This document shows, one piece after another, positions 18,488 to 28,500 of a stretch of DNA of 64,000 nucleotides (position 1 is its first letter; each line of letters begins with the position of its first letter). The stretch comes from a virus. Below the pieces are notes generated by a model. It had not been told where the DNA came from. It was given only the letters and a program-made list of their open reading frames with translations, and searched no databases. The stretch spans positions 1-64,000 of IMG/VR virus record IMGVR_UViG_3300036770_007703. One strand, given 5' to 3'. The position numbers were made by a program, and so were the translations under genes.

Positions 18488-20750
18488 AATTGAAGCCATC
18501 ATCGAATTCGCGGTCAACCTGGCACGCGAAAAAAATCATCAATACGTGGTCACCGAACATCTGCTCATGGCCTTGATATGCCATCAGCCCTTTCAAAAAG
18601 TCATGGCCAAGTTTGGCATCGATGTCGACAAAATGGCCAGCGAGCTCAACGGTTACCTCGACAGTCTCACCAGCATCCATACCCGAGATTCCGATACTGT
18701 GCCCAAGAAAACACATGCTCTAGAGCGCATCTTCAATCGAGCCCTCACACAGGTATTGTTCACTGGTCGTCGACATGTCACCACCGGTGATCTCTATCTC
18801 GCTATCATGAGCGAGACCAATAGCCATGCACACTACTATCTGCTCAAGTACGGTGCCACCAAACAAGAATTCATCAAGTTCTGGGATCAAAACTACAATC
18901 ACAATCACAGCGACATGCCCATCACCAATGAACAAGCCGATGAGATACTCAACGAATACTGTGTTAACATCACCGAACTCTCCAAAAAGAATAGCCTAGA
19001 ACCCGTGATCGGGCGCGAGCATGACATCGATGAGATGGTGGCTGTGCTGGCACGCAGGTTCAAAGCCAATGTGCTGTTGGTGGGCGATCCCGGTGTGGGC
19101 AAAACTGCGCTCATCGAAGGTCTAGCACAACGCATCACTGCCGGCGAGGTGCCGCGTTTCCTCAAAGATCATGAAATATGGAGCCTGGAGATCGGCAGTC
19201 TCTTGGCCGGCAGCAAATATCGCGGCGACTTTGAAGAAAAGCTCAAGAGCGTGATCATGGCCTTGGAAACCAAAAAGAAATGCATATTGTTCATCGACGA
19301 AGCACACACCATGCGCGGAGCAGGTGCTTCGGGCAACAGCACCATGGATTTTGCCAACATGATCAAGCCCGCTATCACCAAGGGCAGTCTCAAAGTAGTG
19401 GCCAGCACCACCTGGGAAGAATTCTACGAGAGCTTTGAAAAAGATCGTGCCCTGATGCGCAGATTCCATAGACTGGGAGTGGACGAGCCCACAGCATCCG
19501 TGACCGAAAAAATCCTGATCGGACTCAGCCCCAGGCTGGAACAATTCCATGATGTCATGATCGACACCGAGGCCATCACCACCGCGGTAGAACTCAGTGC
19601 CAGATATCTCACCGATCGTAAAAATCCCGACAAGAGCATCGATCTCTTGGATGCCGCGTGTGCTCGCGAGCGTGTGCGAGACAGCGGTACAGTGACCGTG
19701 ACACGCGAGATGATACAACAACAATTGAGCCGCGTGACCGGTGTGCCCATGGATCGCCTCACCAACAACACCACTTCCAAGATACGCGACCTCGAGCGCA
19801 ACATCAAACAGCATCTATACGGCCAGGACTCGGTGGTGGATTCAGTGTTGGAGCGAGTGTATGTGAGTTTCGCCGGCATTGGATCATCGCGTCGGCCCAT
19901 GGCCAGTTTCTTGTTCTTGGGTCCCACTGGCACCGGCAAGACCGAATTGGCAAGACTGTTGAGCCAGCACTTGGACATGCACTTGCTGAAATACGACATG
20001 AGCGAGTATCAAGAGCGACACACTGTGTCGAGCCTGATAGGAGCGCCTCCGGGCTATGTGGGTTTCGAAGATGGCAACTTGTCAGGCGGCAAACTGATTT
20101 CAGATCTCTCCAAGCATCCTTTTGCCATCATCCTGTTCGACGAGATCGAAAAAGCGCACCCCGATGTCAGCAATATCTTGTTGCAGATGCTGGACGAGGG
20201 TCGGGTCACAGGCAGCAACGGCAAGACCGTGGACTGCAAGAACACCATCATCATCATGACATCGAACCTGGGTGCCAGAGACAACGAAAACAACAACATC
20301 GGCTTTGGCCACAGTCTAGAAAAGACCGGTGAAGAAGATCGTGCAGTCAAAGATTTCTTCCGGCCTGAGCTGCGCAATCGCATCGATTCGATCTGCAAGT
20401 TCAATCGATTGGAAAAACTCAGTATCAAGAAGATCGTGGTCAAGTTCGTTGACGAATTGCGCAACAGTTTGTCGACCCGGGCCATTGGTGTCAATCTCAC
20501 CGAACCCGCGGTGGAATACCTGGCCCAGGTGGGATATGATCCAAAGATGGGCGCCCGTCCCCTGGGTCGCAAGATCGACGAGCTCTTGCGTGTGCCCATC
20601 AGTAAAAAAATACTGTTCGAGGATCTCCGCGACACTGACCTCACCGTGGACTATCGTGATCAAAAAATAGAAATCGATGTACGACCCGCACGCACCGTGG
20701 CATCGGCCACCATCGATGAAGATGGCATCATACATGTCGGCGAAACATGA
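18471..20750 (+). CDS. clpA: ATP-dependent Clp protease ATP-binding subunit ClpA-like
   Basis: Clp N-domain, two AAA+ modules (GDPGVGKT, GPTGTGKT), GAPPGYVG, IGF loop; no ClpB middle domain. Confidence 0.9.
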   Translation: MQQNPEIEAIIEFAVNLAREKNHQYVVTEHLLMALICHQPFQKVMAKFGIDVDKMASELNGYLDSLTSIHTRDSDTVPKKTHALERIFNRALTQVLFTGRRHVTTGDLYLAIMSETNSHAHYYLLKYGATKQEFIKFWDQNYNHNHSDMPITNEQADEILNEYCVNITELSKKNSLEPVIGREHDIDEMVAVLARRFKANVLLVGDPGVGKTALIEGLAQRITAGEVPRFLKDHEIWSLEIGSLLAGSKYRGDFEEKLKSVIMALETKKKCILFIDEAHTMRGAGASGNSTMDFANMIKPAITKGSLKVVASTTWEEFYESFEKDRALMRRFHRLGVDEPTASVTEKILIGLSPRLEQFHDVMIDTEAITTAVELSARYLTDRKNPDKSIDLLDAACARERVRDSGTVTVTREMIQQQLSRVTGVPMDRLTNNTTSKIRDLERNIKQHLYGQDSVVDSVLERVYVSFAGIGSSRRPMASFLFLGPTGTGKTELARLLSQHLDMHLLKYDMSEYQERHTVSSLIGAPPGYVGFEDGNLSGGKLISDLSKHPFAIILFDEIEKAHPDVSNILLQMLDEGRVTGSNGKTVDCKNTIIIMTSNLGARDNENNNIGFGHSLEKTGEEDRAVKDFFRPELRNRIDSICKFNRLEKLSIKKIVVKFVDELRNSLSTRAIGVNLTEPAVEYLAQVGYDPKMGARPLGRKIDELLRVPISKKILFEDLRDTDLTVDYRDQKIEIDVRPARTVASATIDEDGIIHVGET

Positions 20751-21454
20751 TCAAAAAAATCCAAACCAGCCAACTGTTTTTCAACCAGTATCGCTGGGGT
20801 GCCGATGTTTATCTCACCGGCATCAGTTGTCTCCGGGGTTGGAAAAACACCGATCACTTCGACGAAAAAAATCTCGCCAGGGTACTGTCTCGCCGGCGAT
20901 CGGCCTGGATATATGTGAGCCAAAGACCACACAATGTGGTGGGATCATGGGGCGACCCCACCACTGACCCACAGCTCTTTGTCGAGTCTGCGCGACAACT
21001 GCAAAAACTGCATGTCCTGCTGAAACATCATCGCGAGCGTATAAAATTCACTGTGGGCTTTGATCATGGATATGTTTACACCAATGGTCAAGATGTGTTG
21101 GACGACATTTCTTCCTTGGATTTTTTGCGCATGACCAATGTGCGCGAAGCCGTGGTCACGCTGCCACGTGACACTGTGCTGTTGCGTGAAACCGAGCATA
21201 ATCTGCGCACATATTTCCGAGAGAAAAGCCTGGATCGAGGCACGGCTGCTGCCCTCAAGAAATTTCTCAGCTCACAAAAACACATGCGGCTGGGGCCCAG
21301 CTTGAAAAATTGGTGTGGTAGCCATGAAAAAGACATATATACTCGCAGCCATTGGTTCCTGGATCACGAAACTGTGCAGGATCTCATGCTGCTAAACATC
21401 GTGTGCCACAACATCGTGAGGCGGACGATACCCATCATAAAGGTAAATAATTGA
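20747..21454 (+). CDS. Hypothetical protein
   Basis: 235 aa ORF coupled to clpA. Confidence 0.65.
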   Translation: MIKKIQTSQLFFNQYRWGADVYLTGISCLRGWKNTDHFDEKNLARVLSRRRSAWIYVSQRPHNVVGSWGDPTTDPQLFVESARQLQKLHVLLKHHRERIKFTVGFDHGYVYTNGQDVLDDISSLDFLRMTNVREAVVTLPRDTVLLRETEHNLRTYFREKSLDRGTAAALKKFLSSQKHMRLGPSLKNWCGSHEKDIYTRSHWFLDHETVQDLMLLNIVCHNIVRRTIPIIKVNN

Positions 21455-21456
21455 CT

Positions 21457-21621
21457 ATGGCAAAGATACAAGAAGAAATCATCGTGATCAAAATCAGTCA
21501 GCTCGTCAAAAATGACGACGAGTCTGCGCCCCGGGCCACTGCCGAAGTGGTGGCTGCCCTTGCCCAAGTGGCCGAAGAACTCGTGGGAGCCGGTGCAGTG
21601 GTCGAGATCGAACAAGCATAA
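21457..21621 (+). CDS. Small hypothetical protein (MAKIQEEIIVIKISQLVK..., 54 aa; absent from ORF track)
   Basis: Translated by hand. Follows TAAATA at 21444; its stop overlaps the next ATG. Confidence 0.7.
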   Translation: MAKIQEEIIVIKISQLVKNDDESAPRATAEVVAALAQVAEELVGAGAVVEIEQA

Positions 21622-21986
21622 TGAAAACAACCACGTTCCAGTTGTTGCCCACCACCACATATGGCACACCATCGGGCAACTATGATGGTAGCAGCGAAGA
21701 TTTCGCCGGTGATGCGCAAAAAGCCGCCAACTACTATGTCAGCACAGGTGGTCTCCAGACCGTGGCTGTGTTTTTGTCTGGATTCGTGGGCAACATCGTT
21801 TTGCAGGCCAGCCTAGATTCATCTCCCACCAGTGATGCCAATTGGTTTGACGTGGATCGACTCGAGTACACGTCAAGCACCACCAGCAATTTCAGTCGCA
21901 ACATCACTGGCAACTTTACTTGGTTACGGGCCAAGGTCACTGACTTCCAAGCCGGCAGCATCGAAAAAATACAAATGTCGTACTGA
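21621..21986 (+). CDS. Hypothetical beta-rich, probably virion, protein
   Basis: Late operon; 'F.G...LQASL...P...WFDV...N.TGNF.WLRA' pattern. Confidence 0.65.
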   Translation: MKTTTFQLLPTTTYGTPSGNYDGSSEDFAGDAQKAANYYVSTGGLQTVAVFLSGFVGNIVLQASLDSSPTSDANWFDVDRLEYTSSTTSNFSRNITGNFTWLRAKVTDFQAGSIEKIQMSY

Positions 21987-21987
21987 C

Positions 21988-22422
21988 ATGTCTGGCACGC
22001 TGGAATTTGATATCAGCGCCACTGGCCAGGACCTGGTCCTAGAGCTTGCGCTAGATGGCAAGATTTTCTGGCGCGGCAATCCTGGGCTGGTCATGACCAC
22101 AGTGACACACGAGTTCGATGACACCAAATTCCAAGATCATTGTGCCACTGCCACATTGTCAAACAAACTACCCCATCACACCATGTTGGACTCACAAGGA
22201 AACATAGTGCATGATCGTGTTGTGCGCTTGCATGACCTTCGTCTGCGGGGACGCAGCATATGGCATCAGATACAAGGCACCAACATCTATCGACACGACG
22301 GCAACGGCGATGCCCAGATCCAGGATCATGCTTTTTTTGGCGATCTCGGCTGCAACGGCACAGTGAGCGTGGAGTTCCGCAGTCCGGTGTTGTTGTGGAT
22401 GCTAGAATATCCTGGCGCATAA
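21988..22422 (+). CDS. Hypothetical protein
   Basis: ATG 1 nt after the previous stop. Confidence 0.6.
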   Translation: MSGTLEFDISATGQDLVLELALDGKIFWRGNPGLVMTTVTHEFDDTKFQDHCATATLSNKLPHHTMLDSQGNIVHDRVVRLHDLRLRGRSIWHQIQGTNIYRHDGNGDAQIQDHAFFGDLGCNGTVSVEFRSPVLLWMLEYPGA

Positions 22423-22429
22423 ATAAGTG

Positions 22430-23356
22430 ATGCGCAAATTAGTGATCATCCCTGGTGGTTTCCACCCTTTCCATGCCGGGCACAAGGCTCTCTACGATGC
22501 TGCCCAGGCGGCTTTTCCCTCGGCCGAAATCTATGTGGCCGCTACAGCAGACACCAGCAACCGACCTTTTCCCTTTGAAGTCAAACAAAAGCTGGCTCAC
22601 CTAGCTGGTATACCCAAGCACCGATTCATCCAAGTGCGATCACCGTTCCAAGCTCGTGAAATCACTCAACACTTTGATCCCAACGATACCCAGCTGATTT
22701 TTGTGCGCAGCGAAAAAGATCGAGAACAACAGCCACAGGCCGGTGGCGTCAAACGCGATGGCACGCCGGGTTACCTGCAACCTTACAAACGCAACGGCCT
22801 TGCTCCCATGACTCAGCATGGTTACATGGCCTATCTACCTGTGGTGCAATTCGCCGATGGCATGACTTCGGCCACAGAGATCCGCGCCAAATGGCCGGAA
22901 ATGCAGCCCGAACAAAAAGCTGCGCTGATCAACAAACTGTATCCCGCCACACAGGGCAATGATCGTCTCATCGACGTAGTGGTGAAAATGTTTGACACTG
23001 TGATGGCACCTTCCGAACCCAAAGTCAAAGAAGCTGTGCTGATCAATGATCCCGATGCTGGTGTGCAGATACAACCCGACGGCGGCATGGGCACCTGGGA
23101 CGAAGCCAGCTTGGTCAGCAATCTCGCACGCAAGTTCGCTGACATGGTGAACATGGTCAAGAATCAGAACTATCAGGGACTGTATCATGTGTTGTACAAG
23201 TCAGGTGCCACAGAAAACATGGTGCGTGCTTTGGCCGAACTGGAAGGTTTCCAAAAGCAGCAGGGTCGCAGACCCATCGCTCGTGGACGCTCCATCGATC
23301 TCACTGACTATCTCGACGAAAAAAGAACCGATCAAGAAACAACCAACCGGGATTGA
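22430..23356 (+). CDS. Cytidylyltransferase-like (HIGH) nucleotidyltransferase with C-terminal extension
   Basis: IPGGFHPFHAGH and SATEIR motifs; TAAATA at 22420. Confidence 0.8.
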   Translation: MRKLVIIPGGFHPFHAGHKALYDAAQAAFPSAEIYVAATADTSNRPFPFEVKQKLAHLAGIPKHRFIQVRSPFQAREITQHFDPNDTQLIFVRSEKDREQQPQAGGVKRDGTPGYLQPYKRNGLAPMTQHGYMAYLPVVQFADGMTSATEIRAKWPEMQPEQKAALINKLYPATQGNDRLIDVVVKMFDTVMAPSEPKVKEAVLINDPDAGVQIQPDGGMGTWDEASLVSNLARKFADMVNMVKNQNYQGLYHVLYKSGATENMVRALAELEGFQKQQGRRPIARGRSIDLTDYLDEKRTDQETTNRD

Positions 23357-23362
23357 TACTGT

Positions 23363-23521
23363 ATGCGTGCTCGTGAATTCGTCGGCGAAAAACAAGATGC
23401 CTGCTACCACAAGGTAAAAAGCAGATACAAGGTGTGGCCAAGCGCCTATGCATCTGGTGCATTGGTACAGTGCCGCAAGAAAGGTGCCAAGAACTGGGGC
23501 ACTGGCGGAAAGAAAAAATGA
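23363..23521 (+). CDS. Small basic protein MRAREFVGEKQDACYHKVKSRYKVWPSAYASGALVQCRKK... (52 aa; absent from ORF track)
   Basis: Translated by hand. MRAxEF leader; the WPSAYAS module is familiar from T4-like cyanophages. ATGA overlap with the next gene. Confidence 0.8.
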   Translation: MRAREFVGEKQDACYHKVKSRYKVWPSAYASGALVQCRKKGAKNWGTGGKKK

Positions 23522-23925
23522 GACAGTACATCAACCTCCTGGAAGCCATCGAACGGGGCTGTCCTCCTGCCACACAAAGCATCGATCTCAACCTCGAGAA
23601 TCGTCAGAAAGCCATCGACGAATATCACTATGGTCCGCTCAATCCTGCAGAGCCCAACGAAGAATACTGGCAAGAGTTGGCTGACAAGTGGAACACCGAT
23701 GACATCGAGTCGGTGAAACAGAATCGCTGCGGCAACTGCGCAGCCTTTGACATCACAGAAAAGATGTTGGACTGCATAGCCCGGGGCATCGGTGAGGAGC
23801 CGGGCAGTGATCCGCACGACACCATTGATGCTGGCCAGTTGGGCTACTGCAAGTTCCTCAAGTTCAAATGTGCTGCCAAGCGTACCTGTGATGCTTGGGT
23901 GGAAGGCGGACCTGTTCGAGACTGA
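23518..23925 (+). CDS. Cys-rich hypothetical protein
   Basis: MRQYINLLEAIE leader; CGNC..F, GYC, C...RTC..W metal-binding-like pattern. Confidence 0.7.
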   Translation: MRQYINLLEAIERGCPPATQSIDLNLENRQKAIDEYHYGPLNPAEPNEEYWQELADKWNTDDIESVKQNRCGNCAAFDITEKMLDCIARGIGEEPGSDPHDTIDAGQLGYCKFLKFKCAAKRTCDAWVEGGPVRD

Positions 23926-23926
23926 T

Positions 23927-24592
23927 ATGAGAGCACAGGAATTCGTCCGAGAAAAGATCAATCCCAGCATACTCGAGCCCGATTTCTCTGAAGAAAAAAC
24001 AGTGATGATCCAAGGCGAGCCCTACGTGCTGCGGGCATCCACCTTGAACAGTCGCATGGTACCACAGATACGCATCGAAGCCATCGCTCCCAATGGCAAG
24101 AGCGTGGGCTATGTGAGATTCGTGGTACACAATGCCGATCAGCGCCCGGGGTGGTTTTCCCGCCCCGAAGAACCTTACTTGTCGGCAGGAAATCTCTCGG
24201 TGTGGAACGACTACAAGCGCCGCGGCATAGCTTCGGCCATGTACAACTTTGCACGTGAGCTGGGCAACGACATCCAGCCCAGCGGTACACAAACCGATCA
24301 AGGTCGTGCTTTCTGGCGAGCTGGTGCCGGTGAACGTGATCTCCAAGTCATGTCGGAAAATCTGCGCAAGTGGTTCCGTGAAAAATGGGTGCGGTTCAAC
24401 CCCCAAGGCAAGATCATGGGACCATGCGCCCGGGGTAGCAGCCGAGAAGGCAAGCCCAAGTGTTTGCCACAAAGCAAGGCACACGCCCTAGGCAAAAAAG
24501 GTCGTGCATCAGCTGCGGCCAGAAAGCGCAAGCAAGACCCCAATCCCGAACGCCGGGGCGCTGCCCGAAACGTGGCCACAAAGAAAAAATAA
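23927..24592 (+). CDS. GNAT acetyltransferase-like domain fused to a basic module
   Basis: MRAQEFVRE leader; V..DYKRRGIASAMY (acetyl-CoA motif A) and QTDQGRAFW; then LRKWFREKW...KPKCLP module. Confidence 0.75.
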   Translation: MRAQEFVREKINPSILEPDFSEEKTVMIQGEPYVLRASTLNSRMVPQIRIEAIAPNGKSVGYVRFVVHNADQRPGWFSRPEEPYLSAGNLSVWNDYKRRGIASAMYNFARELGNDIQPSGTQTDQGRAFWRAGAGERDLQVMSENLRKWFREKWVRFNPQGKIMGPCARGSSREGKPKCLPQSKAHALGKKGRASAAARKRKQDPNPERRGAARNVATKKK

Positions 24593-24614
24593 AAATTTGG
24601 CCGTCGTACTGCCA

Positions 24615-24652
24615 CTCTCGTAAATATATGCATATATTACCTACCGAGAGGA
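24615..24652 (+). promoter_or_regulatory. Hairpin containing a late promoter and covering the RBS
   Basis: CTCTCG (24615-20) pairs with CGAGAG (24645-50). Inner perfect palindrome AATATATGCATATATT (24623-38). TAAATA at 24621. Confidence 0.6.
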
Positions 24653-24656
24653 TCAA

Positions 24657-25562
24657 ATGGCAGACCAAACCCAAGAACAGCAAACTCCCGCTGGACAGCA
24701 ACAAGTCACAGTAAACGTAGACTATCTACGCACCACTCGTGTGCATATCTGCATGCCTTGTTATGGTGGCATGCTCACAGAAAGCACGTTCATGAGCTAC
24801 ATCAAATGGGCCAACACTTGTCGACAGCTGGGCATCGATTGGACCATGGAGACCATGACCAATGAGAGCTTGATCTCGCGTGCTAGAAACACCCTGGTGG
24901 CCAAGTTCCTCAACAACCCTGATTCGACACACCTCATGTTCATTGACGCTGACATTGGCTGGGAGCCTTGGCATCTACTGGTCATGCTGAATCGTGACGT
25001 TGATGTGATTGGTGGTCTCTATCCCATGAAGACTTTGCCGGTGCGTTGGGTAGTGAACGGATTTGATGGTGCCGAAACCGGGCCCGATGGGCTCCAGGAA
25101 GTATCAAAGACCGGTACCGGATTCATGTTGGTCAAGCGTCATGTGTTTGAAAAACTCAATGCACACCCTGCAGTGAAACCATTCCGCAATGACATCGGTC
25201 TTCCCAAGGAGCTGGACAAGCATCTCAAGACCTACTACGATACCGCAGTGCGGGAAAATCGCTACTACAGCGAAGACTGGACTTTCTGCGAAAACTGGCG
25301 TGACATCGGCGGCAAAGTATGGGTAGACAAGCGTGTGCTGCTCAAGCACACCGGTACCTATGTGTTTGATTTCCAGGCACAAGAACCCTTGTACAAGGCC
25401 TTGCATGAAATGGCACAGCAAAACCAGTCGCCCGTGGACAAGCCTGCCGCAGTGTCGGAATCCGCACCAGTGGCTGAGCCGCGAGTGGTGGCCACCAACA
25501 AAGATGCCAAGCCGGCTGCCAAACCCGCGGCCAAACGGGCCAACGCCAAGAAAAAAGACTAA
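24657..25562 (+). CDS. GT-A fold glycosyltransferase-like protein
   Basis: ICMPCYGG, SLISRARN, LMFIDADIGW (DxD), GTGFMLVKR, SEDW.FC. Confidence 0.75.
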   Translation: MADQTQEQQTPAGQQQVTVNVDYLRTTRVHICMPCYGGMLTESTFMSYIKWANTCRQLGIDWTMETMTNESLISRARNTLVAKFLNNPDSTHLMFIDADIGWEPWHLLVMLNRDVDVIGGLYPMKTLPVRWVVNGFDGAETGPDGLQEVSKTGTGFMLVKRHVFEKLNAHPAVKPFRNDIGLPKELDKHLKTYYDTAVRENRYYSEDWTFCENWRDIGGKVWVDKRVLLKHTGTYVFDFQAQEPLYKALHEMAQQNQSPVDKPAAVSESAPVAEPRVVATNKDAKPAAKPAAKRANAKKKD

Positions 25563-25576
25563 GCTAAATATAGTTC

Positions 25577-28500
25577 ATGCAGATACATGAACTAGGTCCT
25601 AGTCCCGAGTACCCCAAACCACTGTACGTCCAGGAGCTTGCACGCTTCTGGCGTACATCCTCGGAACAAGAACGCATGGCCATGCGTGTGGCCTTGAAAA
25701 TGAAGGATAGAGATGCTGTGATGCGTCTCTTGACCCCTTACACCGATGCAGCTCTGGCCGAAGCACGCCGGAAAAAAGGCCGCAAAGCCAGCCAGCGCCC
25801 AAAGAAAAAATTCCAGTACGGTGTTTATGGAGGATGGTTCTATCCCGGTTATCACAACAACAGCGGGGCTGACTCCAGCAGCTCGGACAGTGGTGCCGAG
25901 GGCGGCGGTGGCGAAAGCATACACGAAAACACTGAAAATCCACAAGACATCATAGAGAGATTCTCCAAAAGTTGTTGTCAATATCTCGGATTGAAAAATG
26001 CACCCCGGATACGGCTGCGACGAGATCCTGAATGGACACGCAGAAACGGCACGTTTGGTCGTTACATTGCCGAACCCCACAACACCATCGAGCTGGCCAC
26101 TGCGGGCCGACACATCATCGACATACTGCGCACACTGGCGCATGAAATGACCCATGCCGCACAAAACGAGCGTGTGGGCTTGCCTGACCATGCCGGGGAA
26201 ACTGGCAGCGAGTTCGAGGATGGTGCCAATGCCATGGCTGGTCGTATCATGCGCCACTGGGCCGAACAAGAACCCGAACTGTTTCAAGGCATGGATCTCG
26301 ACGAAAACTGGAGGCGCACTGCCGGGGCCGCCGCTGCCGCTGCGTGTATCGCCGGCACACCTGGATGCGCTACCACCAAGGGCGTGTCTGGCATGGATGC
26401 CTTGAGAACCATACAAACTGTTGGGCGTGCTGCGCAGAATCTTCCCACTCGTGCCGGTGCCGAAGAAGAGCTGCGACAAGAATTGAAAAACATAATCAAC
26501 AAAGGTCGTGGCACACATGTAGAACCTCGTATAAAAGAAACTGTTGCGACACCGGTCAAGAAAAACAAAGATGCTCATCAAGACTACTACAATTTTTTAA
26601 AAGCCAAGCGCATCGCAGGGCGTCCACTCAGCCGTCAAGAACAACAGTTTCTAATCAGCTTCGCGGCACTGAAAAATATACGTTCCAAGGAAGTGGCCGA
26701 AAGCTCGGGTTACATACCCACTGCGGCCGAAAAAAATGATCCACGTTTCTCCATGGCTCTCACTGTGGATGTTCGACCCGGTGAAACTGGCCGCCAAGCC
26801 AACAAGTTGGGTTTGAAGACTGACAGTGAAGGTCGTCCTGCGCTGTTGATGAAGCGACTCGAGAATCTCTTGGAAAGCGTCAAGACTGACGAAGATTGCT
26901 GGTCAGGATATCAACAACAAGGCATGAAGAAAAAAGGTAACCGCCAGGTACCCAACTGCGTGCCTGTGGCGGAAGACGAAGAGTTGATGGAAGTAGAGAT
27001 GAGCCCATCGGCGTTTAAAAAGTTCCTCAACAGTCCCGAAGCCGAGGGTATCCGTGCCGGCTTCGAAGCCGAACTCATATTCCGCAACGCTCAGCACGAC
27101 AGCGACAGTGGTGAGAGCGAGCCCGACTGGGACATGGACGAGCGTACTGGTAGCATACAAGACATCATAGCCTTCTTCCAGGGTGGCGAAAACGGCATGA
27201 CCGGTCGACAGGCTGATCGCTTGAACCAAGAACTCACAGAACAGTTCATGGACTGGGCCAGAGAAGAGTTTGCCAACAATTATTTCGATCAAGATCGTTT
27301 CATGTCATGGGCCGAAGAAAATGTGTGGCCCGACGATGCTGACAGTTATCGCGAAGATGCCCGTGCCAATCTCGATGATGAGGATGCCACCGACGAGGAC
27401 GTCGAGAAAGAAGCAGTGACCCTGTTCCGCGATGATGTGGAACGCGACTGGGATCGCAGCGGAGCCTGGTACGAGATGGCATCGGAAGAACTGTTCGACG
27501 AATTCATGGGCGACTTGGACGAATCAGATTGGTTAGATAGTGCTGGTCTCCGCTACATGAGCGATGTCTCCAACGAATACAGCCTGGACTGGCCTTACTG
27601 GACCGAAGGCAGTGGCGGCGGGGGCGAGCGTGATTGGCAAGAGATTGGTAATAGTCTGGCGCGTGCCACCAGCCGAGATGTCAAGGTCAGCAGTGGATAT
27701 CACAACACGCGTCGCGGCGATTACTATGTGATAGAACCCGACAGCAGCCTGGATTCTGATGATTCAGAAGATTTTGGACTAGAAGTGGTATCACCGCCCA
27801 TGCCCTTGCCCGAAGCCATCGAGCAACTGAACAAGGTCATAGACTGGGCCAACGGCGACGGTGATGCCTACACTAACTCAAGCACAGGACTGCACATGGG
27901 CGTGAGCCTGCCGTTCAAGGGCGAGGATGTGGATCCCATCAAGTTGATCCTGTTCATGGGCGACAAGAACATACTAGAAACATTTGGTCGAGAAAGCAAC
28001 ACCTATGCTCGATCCGCTTACGACAAATTGCAAAGCAAACTGAAAAGTCTGCGATATTCTAACTCGGAAAATTTTGAAAATGCGCTGAGTCTCATGAAAG
28101 GCAATCTCATCGAATTGGCCGAGCGCGAACTCAAGCGCGGTGTGTTGGGCGAAAAATATGTGAGCGTGAATCCGCACGATGGCTACATCGAATTCCGTGG
28201 GCCCGGTGGCGACTATCTCAGCAAAGAGAGCGAGATCGACGGTGTGTTGGAAAACACCATGCTGAGATTGGCCTATGCCATGAGCATAGCCGGCAGACCC
28301 GATCTATATAGACGAGAATACGCCAAGAAACTCTACAAGGTGTTGACTGGTTACAAAGGTGCCGAGATTTCCAAAGGTGCCCAAGACACCCGGTACAAAA
28401 CCCGTATCGAGACCGAGGGCGAAAATCCCTTTATGCGTTTGTTTGCCGACTATTCGGCCGGTGTCATCTCAGGCGATGAACTCAAGCGCCAGTGGGCCGA

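Noticed and set aside
23434-23517. Upstream extensions of ORF-track starts (e.g. 23434, 23792, 32248, 35734, 42086, 53207)
   Set aside because: The extensions overlap upstream genes or promoters. Downstream starts have an RBS, stop-start coupling or the shared leader motif.
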